A stretch of 64,000 bases of DNA from an uncultured delta proteobacterium (GTDB taxonomy: Bacteria; Desulfobacterota; Desulfomonilia; UBA1062). The DNA lies in the NCBI GenBank assembly GCA_963785235.1, contig CAWAUM010000003.1, forward strand, positions 64,001 to 128,000, written 5' to 3'. The position numbers were made by a program, and so were the translations under genes. The notes beneath the pieces were generated by a model. That model did no database searches and was not told where the DNA came from. It was given only the letters and a program-made list of their open reading frames with translations. This document shows positions 22,450 to 31,925 of this stretch, piece after piece (position 1 is the first letter of the stretch; each line of letters starts with the position of its first letter).

Positions 22450-23039
22450 CTGAGCAGCCTCCAGGAGCTTATATATTCATACATCAAAACTGTTCCTGAT
22501 GCCGGGAGAACACGTAGCCCCATTGACTTATCGCTGGTGCATAGATAAACAGTTCCGGAATTGCAGGCACCCATGGGTGAAAAGTTTATCCGGTTGTCTG
22601 AAAAGGTGATTCCGTCAGGAGGGACAACGGAATTATTCGGTCCGCCAGCTGCATGACATCCGAATGTTATGCCCTGTGGAAGAATGCATGTCCCTATCTG
22701 CTGCTCCCCTGAATCGTATCGTGCATTCCCGTTGACATCACCGAAGGCGAACCATTGGCGTTCCCCAGGTATAAAAATAATCCGCCAGTAAATACCTTCA
22801 CGGATAGCCCGCTCACGTGCCTGGTGGAAGTATGCGCCCAGCTGATCTGCCTGATGTTCAATTGTCTTCCTTGAGGAAAATGCCCCCAGGCCCGGTAGTG
22901 CTATAGCAGCCAAAATGCAGATGATGGCGAGTACCACCATCAGTTCCGCAAGGGTAACCCCTGCACGAGGGTTTACACGTGCTTGACTGTGATGAGATCC
23001 GACCTTCCTAATTTTTTCAGAACAGCATTTGCAATACAT
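22446..23039 (-). CDS. Prepilin, FimT/GspH-like (start uncertain)
   Basis: RAG/VTLAELMVVLAII, ARERAIR, INFSPMG...NSGTVYL. Confidence 0.8.
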   Translation of the reverse strand: MYCKCCSEKIRKVGSHHSQARVNPRAGVTLAELMVVLAIICILAAIALPGLGAFSSRKTIEHQADQLGAYFHQARERAIREGIYWRIIFIPGERQWFAFGDVNGNARYDSGEQQIGTCILPQGITFGCHAAGGPNNSVVPPDGITFSDNRINFSPMGACNSGTVYLCTSDKSMGLRVLPASGTVLMYEYISSWRLLR

Positions 23040-24184
23040 ATACCCCAGAAAAAATCGCCTTCATTGCCGAGACAAGCATATTTGTCCCGGTCACAGGCAT
23101 ATATCCTCTCAATGGGAGTAATATAACGCCGCCAACCGAAAAGTGAAGGGGGTCTGACATTTTCTGAGAAATGAAACCAGGGGCGTATAGACTCATGCGA
23201 TAGAGGATTTACCACTTCAAGGGCCTGAAGGGGTACGGACAGGAAAGGCATGATCTGCGACAGCCTCTTTGTTATCATCCCTGAGGCCCATGAAATGATC
23301 TCAGTCAATGAGCTCAGACCCGGCTCAAGGGTTATCTTTGTCTGAACAGTAAGAGTGGGATTGTGTGGATTTCTGTTCACTTTTAATATAATAGGGTATT
23401 TCAGGTCTTCAGGCGGCGAGATGACCATAAGATCCCCTACACCTTTGGGAATCATCCCAAGACGTGCCCTGCACTGCCCATAAAAATAAAACCCATGATA
23501 TGGATCTTGTCCGGCAACGTCTTCAGTGAGATAGCAACCACCTTTACAGATACCCTCGTTTAGCTTAAGTCCGAGCACCTCTTTTCCACTCATCACGAGT
23601 ACAGCACCGGAATCTTCTGTATATTCACCCATACTTCTTTGCAAATATGCTATGAATGCTGTCTTTATCTTTCCAAGCTCTATAGAGCTCATGCCAAGGG
23701 TAGATACATAAGCCTTCATCTGAGCCAAACGACCCGCCTCGGGAGTACTCAGTACTGATCCTATAACTTCTTCCCATTTCCCGGATGTGACTGCACTGCT
23801 TTGAAGCTCCCTGAGGTAAAGGCGCGGCTTAGAGAGAGATTTCTTCAACAAGTGGAGATATTTGCCCTTGAATTTTTGTACCCTTGAATGGTCACATTGT
23901 GTCTGAGAGGCATCGGTCAAACCCATAAATTGCATGATAAGACCCCGCTCGGTTTCAAGGGAATTCTTCATGCGCTGATCGATCCTGCTCAAGACAGGTT
24001 CAAGAAGCTCTCTGAAAAACGTCTCTGTCAAAATATAGGGTGTATCTGCCCAGAGCTTTGACCCGGGCTTTTGCTGTGCAGTGTCCACCCACAAGCACTT
24101 CATACCTTTACTTGCAAGGAGCACGCAGACAAAAAGCCCTGATATACCTTCACCATACCCTATGACATCATAAGTCTTCTTCAC
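22973..24184 (-). CDS. Hypothetical protein with degenerate N-terminal FAD-binding motif
   Basis: YDVIGYGEGISGL dinucleotide-binding-like start; 403-aa ORF following purN. Confidence 0.6.
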   Translation of the reverse strand: MKKTYDVIGYGEGISGLFVCVLLASKGMKCLWVDTAQQKPGSKLWADTPYILTETFFRELLEPVLSRIDQRMKNSLETERGLIMQFMGLTDASQTQCDHSRVQKFKGKYLHLLKKSLSKPRLYLRELQSSAVTSGKWEEVIGSVLSTPEAGRLAQMKAYVSTLGMSSIELGKIKTAFIAYLQRSMGEYTEDSGAVLVMSGKEVLGLKLNEGICKGGCYLTEDVAGQDPYHGFYFYGQCRARLGMIPKGVGDLMVISPPEDLKYPIILKVNRNPHNPTLTVQTKITLEPGLSSLTEIISWASGMITKRLSQIMPFLSVPLQALEVVNPLSHESIRPWFHFSENVRPPSLFGWRRYITPIERIYACDRDKYACLGNEGDFFWGICIANAVLKKLGRSDLITVKHV

Positions 24185-24246
24185 AACATAAGCCCATGTT
24201 TATTATTGAATGCCCAAAAGGCAGGCACTCTCAAGAACTGCTCCTT

Positions 24247-24900
24247 TTAGCCGAGCAAAAAAGGATTTACGAGGTATGCATCTTCATCTTTTTCAAAGTC
24301 TTTGATGAATACCTTTCTCCCTTTGATGGAAAGCCTGCCTTGTGCAAAGAGCCCTATGGCCTCAGGATAAATCTTATGCTCAAGCCGCAGGATACGCTCT
24401 TTCAAAAGATCTTCGGTATCCTCCGGATATACCGGGACAACGGCCTGGATAATAATGGGCCCGGTATCAACACCCTCATCAACAAAATGGACCGTGCATC
24501 CGGAGAACCTCACTCCATATTCTATAGCCTTCCGGCGAACTCCCAGGCCCGGAAAAGATGGCAGCAGGGCCGGGTGTATATTCATTACCATGCCGGGAAA
24601 CGCTCTGAGAAATGCTGGGGTAAGAACTCGCATGAATCCTGCCAGGACAACCAGGTCTACCTTGTAGTCTTTAAGGATTTTTACCAGCTCCTCATCAAAG
24701 TTTTCCCTTTGAGGGTGCTCGGCATGAGATACTACCTTGGTAGGTATGCCTTTTCCCTGCGCACGCTCAAGGGCATAAACACCAGGGAGGTTGCTGATGA
24801 CGATGCTGACCTGACCGTTAATGTCATTGCGTTCACAAGCATCCATTATGGACTGGAGATTGCTTCCGCTGCCCGAAACAAGGACGCCAATGTGAACCAC
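24247..24900 (-). CDS. purN: Phosphoribosylglycinamide formyltransferase
   Basis: VSGSGSNLQ, LAGFMRVL, NIHPALLPSFPG, VDTGPII; GTG start at 24900. Confidence 0.95.
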   Translation of the reverse strand: MVHIGVLVSGSGSNLQSIMDACERNDINGQVSIVISNLPGVYALERAQGKGIPTKVVSHAEHPQRENFDEELVKILKDYKVDLVVLAGFMRVLTPAFLRAFPGMVMNIHPALLPSFPGLGVRRKAIEYGVRFSGCTVHFVDEGVDTGPIIIQAVVPVYPEDTEDLLKERILRLEHKIYPEAIGLFAQGRLSIKGRKVFIKDFEKDEDAYLVNPFLLG

Positions 24901-24910
24901 GTATGTACCT

Positions 24911-25948
24911 CTATGAGAGGATAACAGCCTCTCCACCCTTGGGCCGCGTCTCGATATAGCCAATGATATCAGCAGATTCCTTGAGACCCTTCAACCTGAG
25001 CATTACATCATCTGCATCTTTTGGAGAAACGACCAACACCATGCCGACACCCATATTGAAGGTCCTGTACATCTCTGTATCTTCGATCTTCCCGACATCC
25101 TGAATAAATCGAAATATGGGCGGTATGCCCCACGAACCTTTCTCGATAACAGCTGTTGATCGTGCAGGGAGTACCCTGGGGATATTGTCGATAAAACCGC
25201 CTCCGGTAATGTGGACAACGCCTTTTATCTCAAAACCCCTAATGATATTGAGCATACTTTTAACATAGATCCTTGTGGGTGTAAGAAGTTCTGCAGCTAA
25301 TGACTTACCCAGATCCTCGAGATAATCATCAATGCGCATCTTAGCACGATCGAAGAGGGCCTTCCTCACCAGAGAAAAACCGTTACTATGCAGCCCTGAT
25401 GAATGTATGCCGATAAGGACATCCTTTGCAGAGATACGGGATCCATCGATGATCTTATCACTATCAACTACACCGACGCCGAATCCTGCCAAGTCATACT
25501 CGTCCTCTCGATAGAAACCAGGCATCTCGGCGGTTTCACCGCCGATAAGCGCGCAACCAGCCTCTTTGCACCCGCTTGTAATGCTTGATATAATGACCTT
25601 GGCGCGATCCAGGTTGAGTTTGCCGGTGGCAAAATAATCGAGGAAAAACAGGGGCTGTGCCCCAACGACGATGAGATCATTTACTACCATAGCCACAAGA
25701 TCAATTCCGATACCCTCATGGTTGTCTGCCATGGATGCGATTTTCAGCTTGGTACCAACGCCATCGGTAGATGAGACAAGGATGGGTTCGGTATAATTCC
25801 TGATGTCCAGTTTAAAAAGGCCTGCAAATCCACCTATACCACCGATGACCTCAGGCCCATGGGTAGACTTCACACTTGATTTGATAGCCTTGACAAGTAG
25901 GTTCTGTTTGTCAATATCAACCCCTGCATCACGATAGGTCAAAGACAT
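24911..25948 (-). CDS. purM: AIR synthetase
   Basis: TYRDAGVDI, TDGVGTKLK, GGETAEMP, HSNGFSL, HITGGG. Confidence 0.97.
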   Translation of the reverse strand: MSLTYRDAGVDIDKQNLLVKAIKSSVKSTHGPEVIGGIGGFAGLFKLDIRNYTEPILVSSTDGVGTKLKIASMADNHEGIGIDLVAMVVNDLIVVGAQPLFFLDYFATGKLNLDRAKVIISSITSGCKEAGCALIGGETAEMPGFYREDEYDLAGFGVGVVDSDKIIDGSRISAKDVLIGIHSSGLHSNGFSLVRKALFDRAKMRIDDYLEDLGKSLAAELLTPTRIYVKSMLNIIRGFEIKGVVHITGGGFIDNIPRVLPARSTAVIEKGSWGIPPIFRFIQDVGKIEDTEMYRTFNMGVGMVLVVSPKDADDVMLRLKGLKESADIIGYIETRPKGGEAVILS

Positions 25949-26010
25949 CTATACCCCCAACTCTCTACCTACTATATGAGAATATTGAGCTAGTCAATCC
26001 GGCATTAAAG

Positions 26011-26047
26011 AAAAAAAAGATGGCGGTTTGGGCTTTTCCCCGCCATC
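26011..26047 (-). terminator. Intrinsic terminator on the minus strand
   Basis: GATGGCGG...CCGCCATC stem followed by T8 on the minus strand. Confidence 0.85.
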
Positions 26048-26114
26048 CTTAGAGGAGGTAGATAGGAGTTATATGTCTTTGAAGAAGTTTTTCCGTTTAC
26101 TTTCTCTTTTAATA
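26011..26114 (-). ncRNA. Candidate sigma54-dependent small RNA (~100 nt)
   Basis: Bounded by a sigma54 motif and a T8 terminator; no ATG-initiated ORF; contains ACTCCT and ACCTCCT. Confidence 0.55.
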
Positions 26115-26124
26115 CCCTTCAATG

Positions 26125-26141
26125 AGCAATGGTCATGCCAA
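26125..26141 (-). promoter_or_regulatory. Sigma54 (-24/-12) promoter
   Basis: TTGGCATGACCATTGCT versus consensus TGGCAC-N5-TTGCW with exact GG-N10-GC spacing. Confidence 0.75.
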
Positions 26142-26235
26142 CAATAATGACAATCATCTATCAGGTTGCATTTAAAGATAGTTTATGATGATCAGCAGGA
26201 TTCTCCCCTGAATTATCGCTATTAATGACATCCTC

Positions 26236-26288
26236 AGGTGTATATTAAATATACATCATGACTATACAGGTGTATAAAAGATATACAC
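26236..26288. promoter_or_regulatory. Tandem palindromic enhancer (UAS) sites for a sigma54 activator
   Basis: TGTATA-N5-TATACA at 26239..26255 and 26271..26287, 32 bp apart, both preceded by CAGG. Confidence 0.7.
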
Positions 26289-26378
26289 TTATTCTTCGAA
26301 AAATAACCTCCTCTGCGTGGAGAATGCTTATCAGAGGACTGTGGCATGAGAGTTGTAAGGCATATACCGGATTATTTT

Positions 26379-28136
26379 ATGGATAATAACAACTCAATAC
26401 ATTCCAAAAAGGCCTGGATCAAAATATCACCCTGGGTGATCATGGGCTCCCTCATCGTGATGGTGCCCATCTTCATTTTCACCACCATGGAGAGCATACG
26501 GACCCAGAGGAAGAACATGTACCACATGCTCAGCGAGAAGGGAGATACCCTTATCCGATCTTTTGAAGCCGGTACCAGAACGGGCATGATGGGCCAGGGC
26601 TGGAGCGGGGCCCAGGTTCAGCGCCTCATCATGGAAACAGCGGAAGAGCCGGATATCCTCTATATCCTTATAACAGACAAGGATGGAAAGATCGTTGCCC
26701 ATAACCAGCCCATGAACATCGGCAAGACATACGGGCTCGACATCGACCGGGCAAGGCTGAGTCATATCCTCAAATGGAGGGTTATCAAGGACGAGAAAGG
26801 AAGGCAATCCTTCGAAGTGTATCGAAGGTTTCATCCCTCCCGGAGCGGGATGATAATTCTCAAACGTAAACGACCTCTACGCGACTGGTTTTACCCACAC
26901 ACCCTGCCGCAGATGGAAAGACCTCCGGTACAGAGTATCTACATTGGGCTGAATATGCAGCCGGTTGAGCAGATTATCTCAGAGAGTATAAAACAGAGAA
27001 TCTTCCTGGCGGTAATCCTGTCCATGTATGGACTGCTTGGGATTGTAGCCATTGTCATTGCACAGAATTACCGGTCCACAAAGGCCTCGTTATCCAGGAT
27101 CAAGGCCTTTTCTGATACGCTGGTGGACAATATGCCCATAGGCCTCATTTTTATCGATCAAGAAGGGAACATCGTTACACTCAACGACGTATCTGAAAGT
27201 CTTCTTATGGTCACCACGGCTGATACCGCTGGCAAAAAGGCCGAAGAGGTGCTCCCCGAACAAATATCAAAACTCATTGAAGATATTCAGAACCCCCATG
27301 ACATAGCCGTGCGTGACCTGCGTATTCCTCTCCTGGACAAAGTCATGGTGTATGAAGCCAGCGCAAGCTTCCTTACCGATGAAGACCGCACGTTCCTAGG
27401 CTATATCGTGCTGCTGCGCGATATTACAGAGATCGAACAGCTGAAAAGGGAAGTGGAACGCAAAGAGAGGCTTGCTGCCATCGGCAGCCTTGCAGCCGGC
27501 GTCGCCCATGAGATCAGGAACCCGTTGAGCTCCATCAAGGGTTTCGCCACCTACTTCAAGGAGCGCTACCGTGATATCCCGGAAGACCAGAGAATTGCCG
27601 GGATCATGGTTGGCGAGGTTGAACGCCTCAACCGTGCCATCAGCCAGCTTCTGGATCTCTCCCGCCCAATGGATCTGAGGATGAAGGAGACCTCCCTGGT
27701 GGAGTTGGTAAATCGTTCTCTCGCAATGATTGAGAAGCAGGCTTTGGAAAAAAACATCGCGATTGACCGTTCGGGGCTTCCGAGTGACCCCTGCTACGCA
27801 GATATAGACCCTGACAAGACAGGACAGGTACTGCTCAACCTCTTTCTCAACGCCATGGAGGCCATGACAGGAGGGGGAACCCTTACGGTGGCCATCAGGC
27901 ATGATGAAACATCCTCCAGGTTTTCCATCCACGTGTCAGACACCGGAGGCGGGATCTCCCAAGAAGACCTCCCCCACATATTTGACCCATATTTCACCAC
28001 AAAACAGTCCGGAACAGGCCTCGGGCTTGCCATTGTCCATAGAATAATAGAGGCCCATGGCGGTGAGATCAAGATTGAAAGCACGCCCGGTCAAGGCACA
28101 ACGGCCATACTGGGCATACCTGAAGCAGGAGCGTGA
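26379..28136 (+). CDS. Sensor histidine kinase, ZraS/HydH-like (start 26346 or 26379)
   Basis: LSEKGDTLIRSFEAGTRTGMMG, two TMs, PAS, AGVAHEIRNPLSSIKGFA, GTGLGL. Confidence 0.88.
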   Translation: MDNNNSIHSKKAWIKISPWVIMGSLIVMVPIFIFTTMESIRTQRKNMYHMLSEKGDTLIRSFEAGTRTGMMGQGWSGAQVQRLIMETAEEPDILYILITDKDGKIVAHNQPMNIGKTYGLDIDRARLSHILKWRVIKDEKGRQSFEVYRRFHPSRSGMIILKRKRPLRDWFYPHTLPQMERPPVQSIYIGLNMQPVEQIISESIKQRIFLAVILSMYGLLGIVAIVIAQNYRSTKASLSRIKAFSDTLVDNMPIGLIFIDQEGNIVTLNDVSESLLMVTTADTAGKKAEEVLPEQISKLIEDIQNPHDIAVRDLRIPLLDKVMVYEASASFLTDEDRTFLGYIVLLRDITEIEQLKREVERKERLAAIGSLAAGVAHEIRNPLSSIKGFATYFKERYRDIPEDQRIAGIMVGEVERLNRAISQLLDLSRPMDLRMKETSLVELVNRSLAMIEKQALEKNIAIDRSGLPSDPCYADIDPDKTGQVLLNLFLNAMEAMTGGGTLTVAIRHDETSSRFSIHVSDTGGGISQEDLPHIFDPYFTTKQSGTGLGLAIVHRIIEAHGGEIKIESTPGQGTTAILGIPEAGA

Positions 28137-29503
28137 TGATGGCAGTCAGCATGAGGAGAGACATCCTGGTAGTGGATGATGACTTCAGTCATCGAACCAT
28201 GCTCAAAACCCTGCTTTCAGGATGGGGATATGAGGTCAGCGAGGCTGACGACGGTCAGGTGGCAATCGATATGGTCCAGGAACGGCCCTTTGATCTGATC
28301 CTCATGGACATCCGCATGATCAAGGTATCAGGACTGACAGCCCTGGCAGCCATCAAGGAGATCAACCCTTCCATCCCTGTCCTCATCATGACCGCTTATT
28401 CCTCCATCGACACGGCAATCGATGCCATAAAAAAGGGCGCCTATGAATATCTGACAAAACCGCTCGACTTTGATGAGCTGCATTTGAAGATGGAACAGGC
28501 AATGGATCACAACATGCTCAAGGAGGAGAATCGTCTTTTAAGAGAGCTCGTGGGAGAGCGCTTCGAAACCGGGAATATCATAGGCAGGAGCCCTGCCATG
28601 ATCCGTCTTCTTGAAACTACGGCCAGGGCCTCATCATCGGAAGCAACGGTTCTTATCACCGGAGAATCCGGGACCGGCAAGGAAATGATCGCCGGCGCCA
28701 TCCACTTCAATTCCCCCCGGAAAGACCACCCCTTCATCAAAATGAACTGTGCCGCCATTTCGGAAGGATTACTCGAATCCGAACTATTCGGACACGAAAA
28801 GGGCTCATTCACCGGGGCGTTACGCCGCAGGGAGGGCCGCTTCAAACAGGCACATGGAGGCAGCCTCTTCCTTGATGAAGTCTCTGAAATGCCCCTGTCC
28901 ATGCAAGTCAAGCTCCTGAGGGTGCTCCAGGAAAAAGAGATCACCCGGGTCGGCGGCGAAGAGGTGATCCCGGTGGATGCCAGGATCATTGCTGCGACCA
29001 ATAAAGACCTCCCTACCCTTGTCAAGAAAGGTCTTTTCAGAGAAGACCTTTACTATCGGCTCAATGTAATCAACCTTTCCGTCCCGCCGTTAAGAGATCG
29101 CAGCGAGGATATACCTGTTCTGGCTGAACACTTTCTCAAAATGTTTGCCCTCAGGAACAACAAACCATTGAAAGGCTTCTCACCCCAGGCCATGGACCGG
29201 CTCATCAAGTATCCATGGCCCGGTAACGTGCGCGAGATGATGAATACGGTTGAGAGTGCTGTAGTCCTGTCCAGCTCGGACTACCTGAGGGATGAGGATA
29301 TCCCTGTTTTCCGGCAGGAAGAATTATATAAGGCTCCCCTGGAAGGGGGCGGTTCCGCTGAGTTCAGCCTGGACGAGATCGAACGCCTCAGCATATTGAA
29401 GACCCTGGGATCAGCCCAGGGAAACAAGAGCGAGGCTGCGAGAAAACTCGGCATCACGAGAGCGACACTGCACAAGAAGCTGAAGAAATATGGAGTGCCC
29501 TGA
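28133..29503 (+). CDS. Sigma54-dependent response regulator, ZraR/HydG-like
   Basis: REC, GESGTGKE, ESELFGHEKGSFTGA, WPGNVRE, Fis-type HTH. Confidence 0.92.
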   Translation: MMMAVSMRRDILVVDDDFSHRTMLKTLLSGWGYEVSEADDGQVAIDMVQERPFDLILMDIRMIKVSGLTALAAIKEINPSIPVLIMTAYSSIDTAIDAIKKGAYEYLTKPLDFDELHLKMEQAMDHNMLKEENRLLRELVGERFETGNIIGRSPAMIRLLETTARASSSEATVLITGESGTGKEMIAGAIHFNSPRKDHPFIKMNCAAISEGLLESELFGHEKGSFTGALRRREGRFKQAHGGSLFLDEVSEMPLSMQVKLLRVLQEKEITRVGGEEVIPVDARIIAATNKDLPTLVKKGLFREDLYYRLNVINLSVPPLRDRSEDIPVLAEHFLKMFALRNNKPLKGFSPQAMDRLIKYPWPGNVREMMNTVESAVVLSSSDYLRDEDIPVFRQEELYKAPLEGGGSAEFSLDEIERLSILKTLGSAQGNKSEAARKLGITRATLHKKLKKYGVP

Positions 29504-29574
29504 CCATTGGCTTGATGACAAAATATGGGGAGAAAAATAACCGGGTTTTAGCATAAAGCTCATGGCGACCATGA

Positions 29575-29713
29575 TTTTTTTAAAAACAGATCCGTTCAAA
29601 ACCATCATCTTGCAGCCTTGAAGGACCGAGATAATTCGCAATCAGCAAAAGGCTGCAAGATGATGGTTTTGAACGGACCAAGTTTTTTTACTCTTCTTGA
29701 ACCCAAAACCTGG
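29575..29713. repeat. Intergenic hairpin element, long-loop copy A3
   Basis: Perfect 29-bp arms 29591..29619 and 29649..29677, 29-nt loop. Confidence 0.9.
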
Positions 29714-29749
29714 TATAAAAACAAACCTTATCATTAGTTAATATTCGTC

Positions 29750-30817
29750 TCACGCCACTGCATAACCTGCAACCTTATCCCCGACCTGTGTCGTAGAAAG
29801 GCCCATCTTCCCTGCTGCCTGAGACTTGATGTCTTTCTTGAGGACTTCAATGATGCCGCGTTCAATACGCTCTGCTGCAGCATCTTCGCCCAGGGTTTCC
29901 AGCATCATCTGTGCCGAAGCAATGGCAGCCAGCGGGTTGATGATGTTCATACCCGTATATTTCGGGGCAGACCCTCCTATGGGCTCGAACATGGATACAC
30001 CGCCCGGGTTGATATTGCCGCCTGCAGCTATGCCCATACCGCCTTGCGTTATTGCCCCCAGGTCGGTGATTATGTCGCCGAACATGTTCTCGGTGACCAG
30101 CACATCAAACCACTCCGGGTTCTTGACCATCCACATGCAGGTTGCATCCACGTTATAGTACTCACGCTTGATGTCGGGGTAATCCTTGTCCCCGATCTCA
30201 TGGAAGGCACGCTCCCACAGGTCGAACACATAGGTAAGAACGTTTGTCTTGCCTACCAGGGCTAATGTCTTCCTCCTGTTCCTCGTCCTCGTGTACTCAA
30301 AGGCATAACGCAGACAACGCTCCACCTGGAAACGGGTATATATCATCTCCTGCACAGCCACCTCATGAGGCGTACCCTTCATGGTGATGCCGCCTGCACC
30401 TGTGTACACTCCACCCGAGTTCTCCCTTACTACCACATAGTCGATATGTTCAGGCCCCTTGTCTTTGAGAGGGGTCTCCACATTGGGGTAGAGCTTTACC
30501 GGCCTGAGATTGATATACTGGTCCAGTTCGAACCTGAGCCGCAATAGGATCCCCTTTTCCAGGATTCCGGGTTTTACATCCGGATGTCCTATGGCGCCCA
30601 GGTACATGGCATGGTGCTTTTTCATTTCTTCGACTGCCGTTTCGGGAAGGATCTCTCCGGTACGCAGGTACCTGTCCCCACCGAAGTCGTATGGAGTAAA
30701 ATCGAGCTTTATCCCTTCAAGGGCTGCAACTGCATTAAGGACCTTGATACCCTCGGCAACCACCTCTGGACCTGTCCCGTCACCGGGAATCACTGCGATG
30801 CTGTATGAACGTGCCAT
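29750..30817 (-). CDS. leuB: 3-isopropylmalate dehydrogenase
   Basis: IPGDGTGPEV, NLRPVKL, VVRENSGG, NMFGDIITD, FEPIGGSAP. Confidence 0.9.
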   Translation of the reverse strand: MARSYSIAVIPGDGTGPEVVAEGIKVLNAVAALEGIKLDFTPYDFGGDRYLRTGEILPETAVEEMKKHHAMYLGAIGHPDVKPGILEKGILLRLRFELDQYINLRPVKLYPNVETPLKDKGPEHIDYVVVRENSGGVYTGAGGITMKGTPHEVAVQEMIYTRFQVERCLRYAFEYTRTRNRRKTLALVGKTNVLTYVFDLWERAFHEIGDKDYPDIKREYYNVDATCMWMVKNPEWFDVLVTENMFGDIITDLGAITQGGMGIAAGGNINPGGVSMFEPIGGSAPKYTGMNIINPLAAIASAQMMLETLGEDAAAERIERGIIEVLKKDIKSQAAGKMGLSTTQVGDKVAGYAVA

Positions 30818-30941
30818 TCTTCTACCCCTTCACTGGTATATGATGAAAACAGCGTCTGAAAACAAGCGCAATTCCTGGCTCGATATAATAAAACAGCCGA
30901 TGAAGTCAAGGACATTGGGGTATCATCATGGAGATTATCCG

Positions 30942-30970
30942 TTGACACTACTATGCAACTTATTTAGAGT
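30942..30970 (+). promoter_or_regulatory. Sigma70-type promoter of the enoyl-CoA hydratase gene
   Basis: TTGACA-N17-TAGAGT. Confidence 0.55.
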
Positions 30971-31053
30971 CGGACCCGTCAGGGTGACATGTCGGAAAAG
31001 GCCGCTCCATGCCCGCCTAGGATTATTCAAGACTATGTAAGGAGAATTAAACG

Positions 31054-31812
31054 ATGTCATATGAGACTATTACCTATGAAACACATGAGAAAGGGATCGG
31101 GGTCCTGAGTTTAAACCGCCCGAATGCCTACAATGCAGTTAATCAGAAGATGGTCTTGGAGCTGGAAGCCTTCTGGCTTGAGCGTCTCTATGACCTGGAT
31201 ACGACAGTCATAATCCTGAAAGGGAACGGCGAAAAGGGTTTCTGTGCCGGTTTGGATATGAAGGAGACGGCAGAGGTTGCCCCAACCATGGATATCCCCC
31301 ACTTCTACCGTTTTCAAATGCGGCTGGCCCGATTGAATCTGGCCATGAGACGGGCCCCCCAGCCGATCATCTGTGCCGTCCATGGCGCTGCCTCCGGTCA
31401 GGGCTTCAGCTTTGCCCTGGCCTCAGATATCCGCGTTATCGCTCCGGATGCCCGGTTCAATGCAGCTTACATCAACATCGGCCTGGGCGGCGCCGACATG
31501 TCGTGCAGTTATTTTCTGCCCCGGATGATCGGAACGGGTCGTGCCTATGAGTTCATGTACACCGGGGATTTCATGTCGGCGCAGGAAGCCCTTTCCCTGG
31601 GCCTGGTCAGCAAGATAGTTGAACGTGCCGACCTGTTTGATGCCGCCATGGCATATGCAAAAAAGCTCATGACAAAGAATCCCATGGGTCTCAGACTGAC
31701 AAAAGAGGCCATTAACCTGAATATCGATACCGGTGGCCTGGAAAATGCCCTGCAGGTGGAGGACCGAAACCAGACACTTCTTTCGGTGGGACTGATCTTC
31801 AGCAAGAAGTAG
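31054..31812 (+). CDS. Enoyl-CoA hydratase/isomerase family protein
   Basis: LNRPNAYNA, FCAGLDM, AVHGAASGQGFSFALASDIR. Confidence 0.92.
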   Translation: MSYETITYETHEKGIGVLSLNRPNAYNAVNQKMVLELEAFWLERLYDLDTTVIILKGNGEKGFCAGLDMKETAEVAPTMDIPHFYRFQMRLARLNLAMRRAPQPIICAVHGAASGQGFSFALASDIRVIAPDARFNAAYINIGLGGADMSCSYFLPRMIGTGRAYEFMYTGDFMSAQEALSLGLVSKIVERADLFDAAMAYAKKLMTKNPMGLRLTKEAINLNIDTGGLENALQVEDRNQTLLSVGLIFSKK

Positions 31813-31826
31813 CGCTGAATCAGGTC
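31768..31826 (+). repeat. Direct repeat copy 1 (3' end of the hydratase gene)
   Basis: Matches 33534..33591 with 6 substitutions and 1 gap over 59 nt. Confidence 0.85.
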
Positions 31827-31925
31827 GATGCGAAGGGAATGGGCCAGTTATGTGAAAGGGCTGTTGCCCTGCCTTCCACATGGCAGCGTGACATATCGCA
31901 GGTTTTGCACAGGTCCAGGGTTTCC

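Noticed and set aside
26073-26147. 24-codon plus-strand ORF after AGGAG
   Set aside because: It runs across the sigma54 motif, and both promoter and terminator point to the minus strand; not fully excluded.
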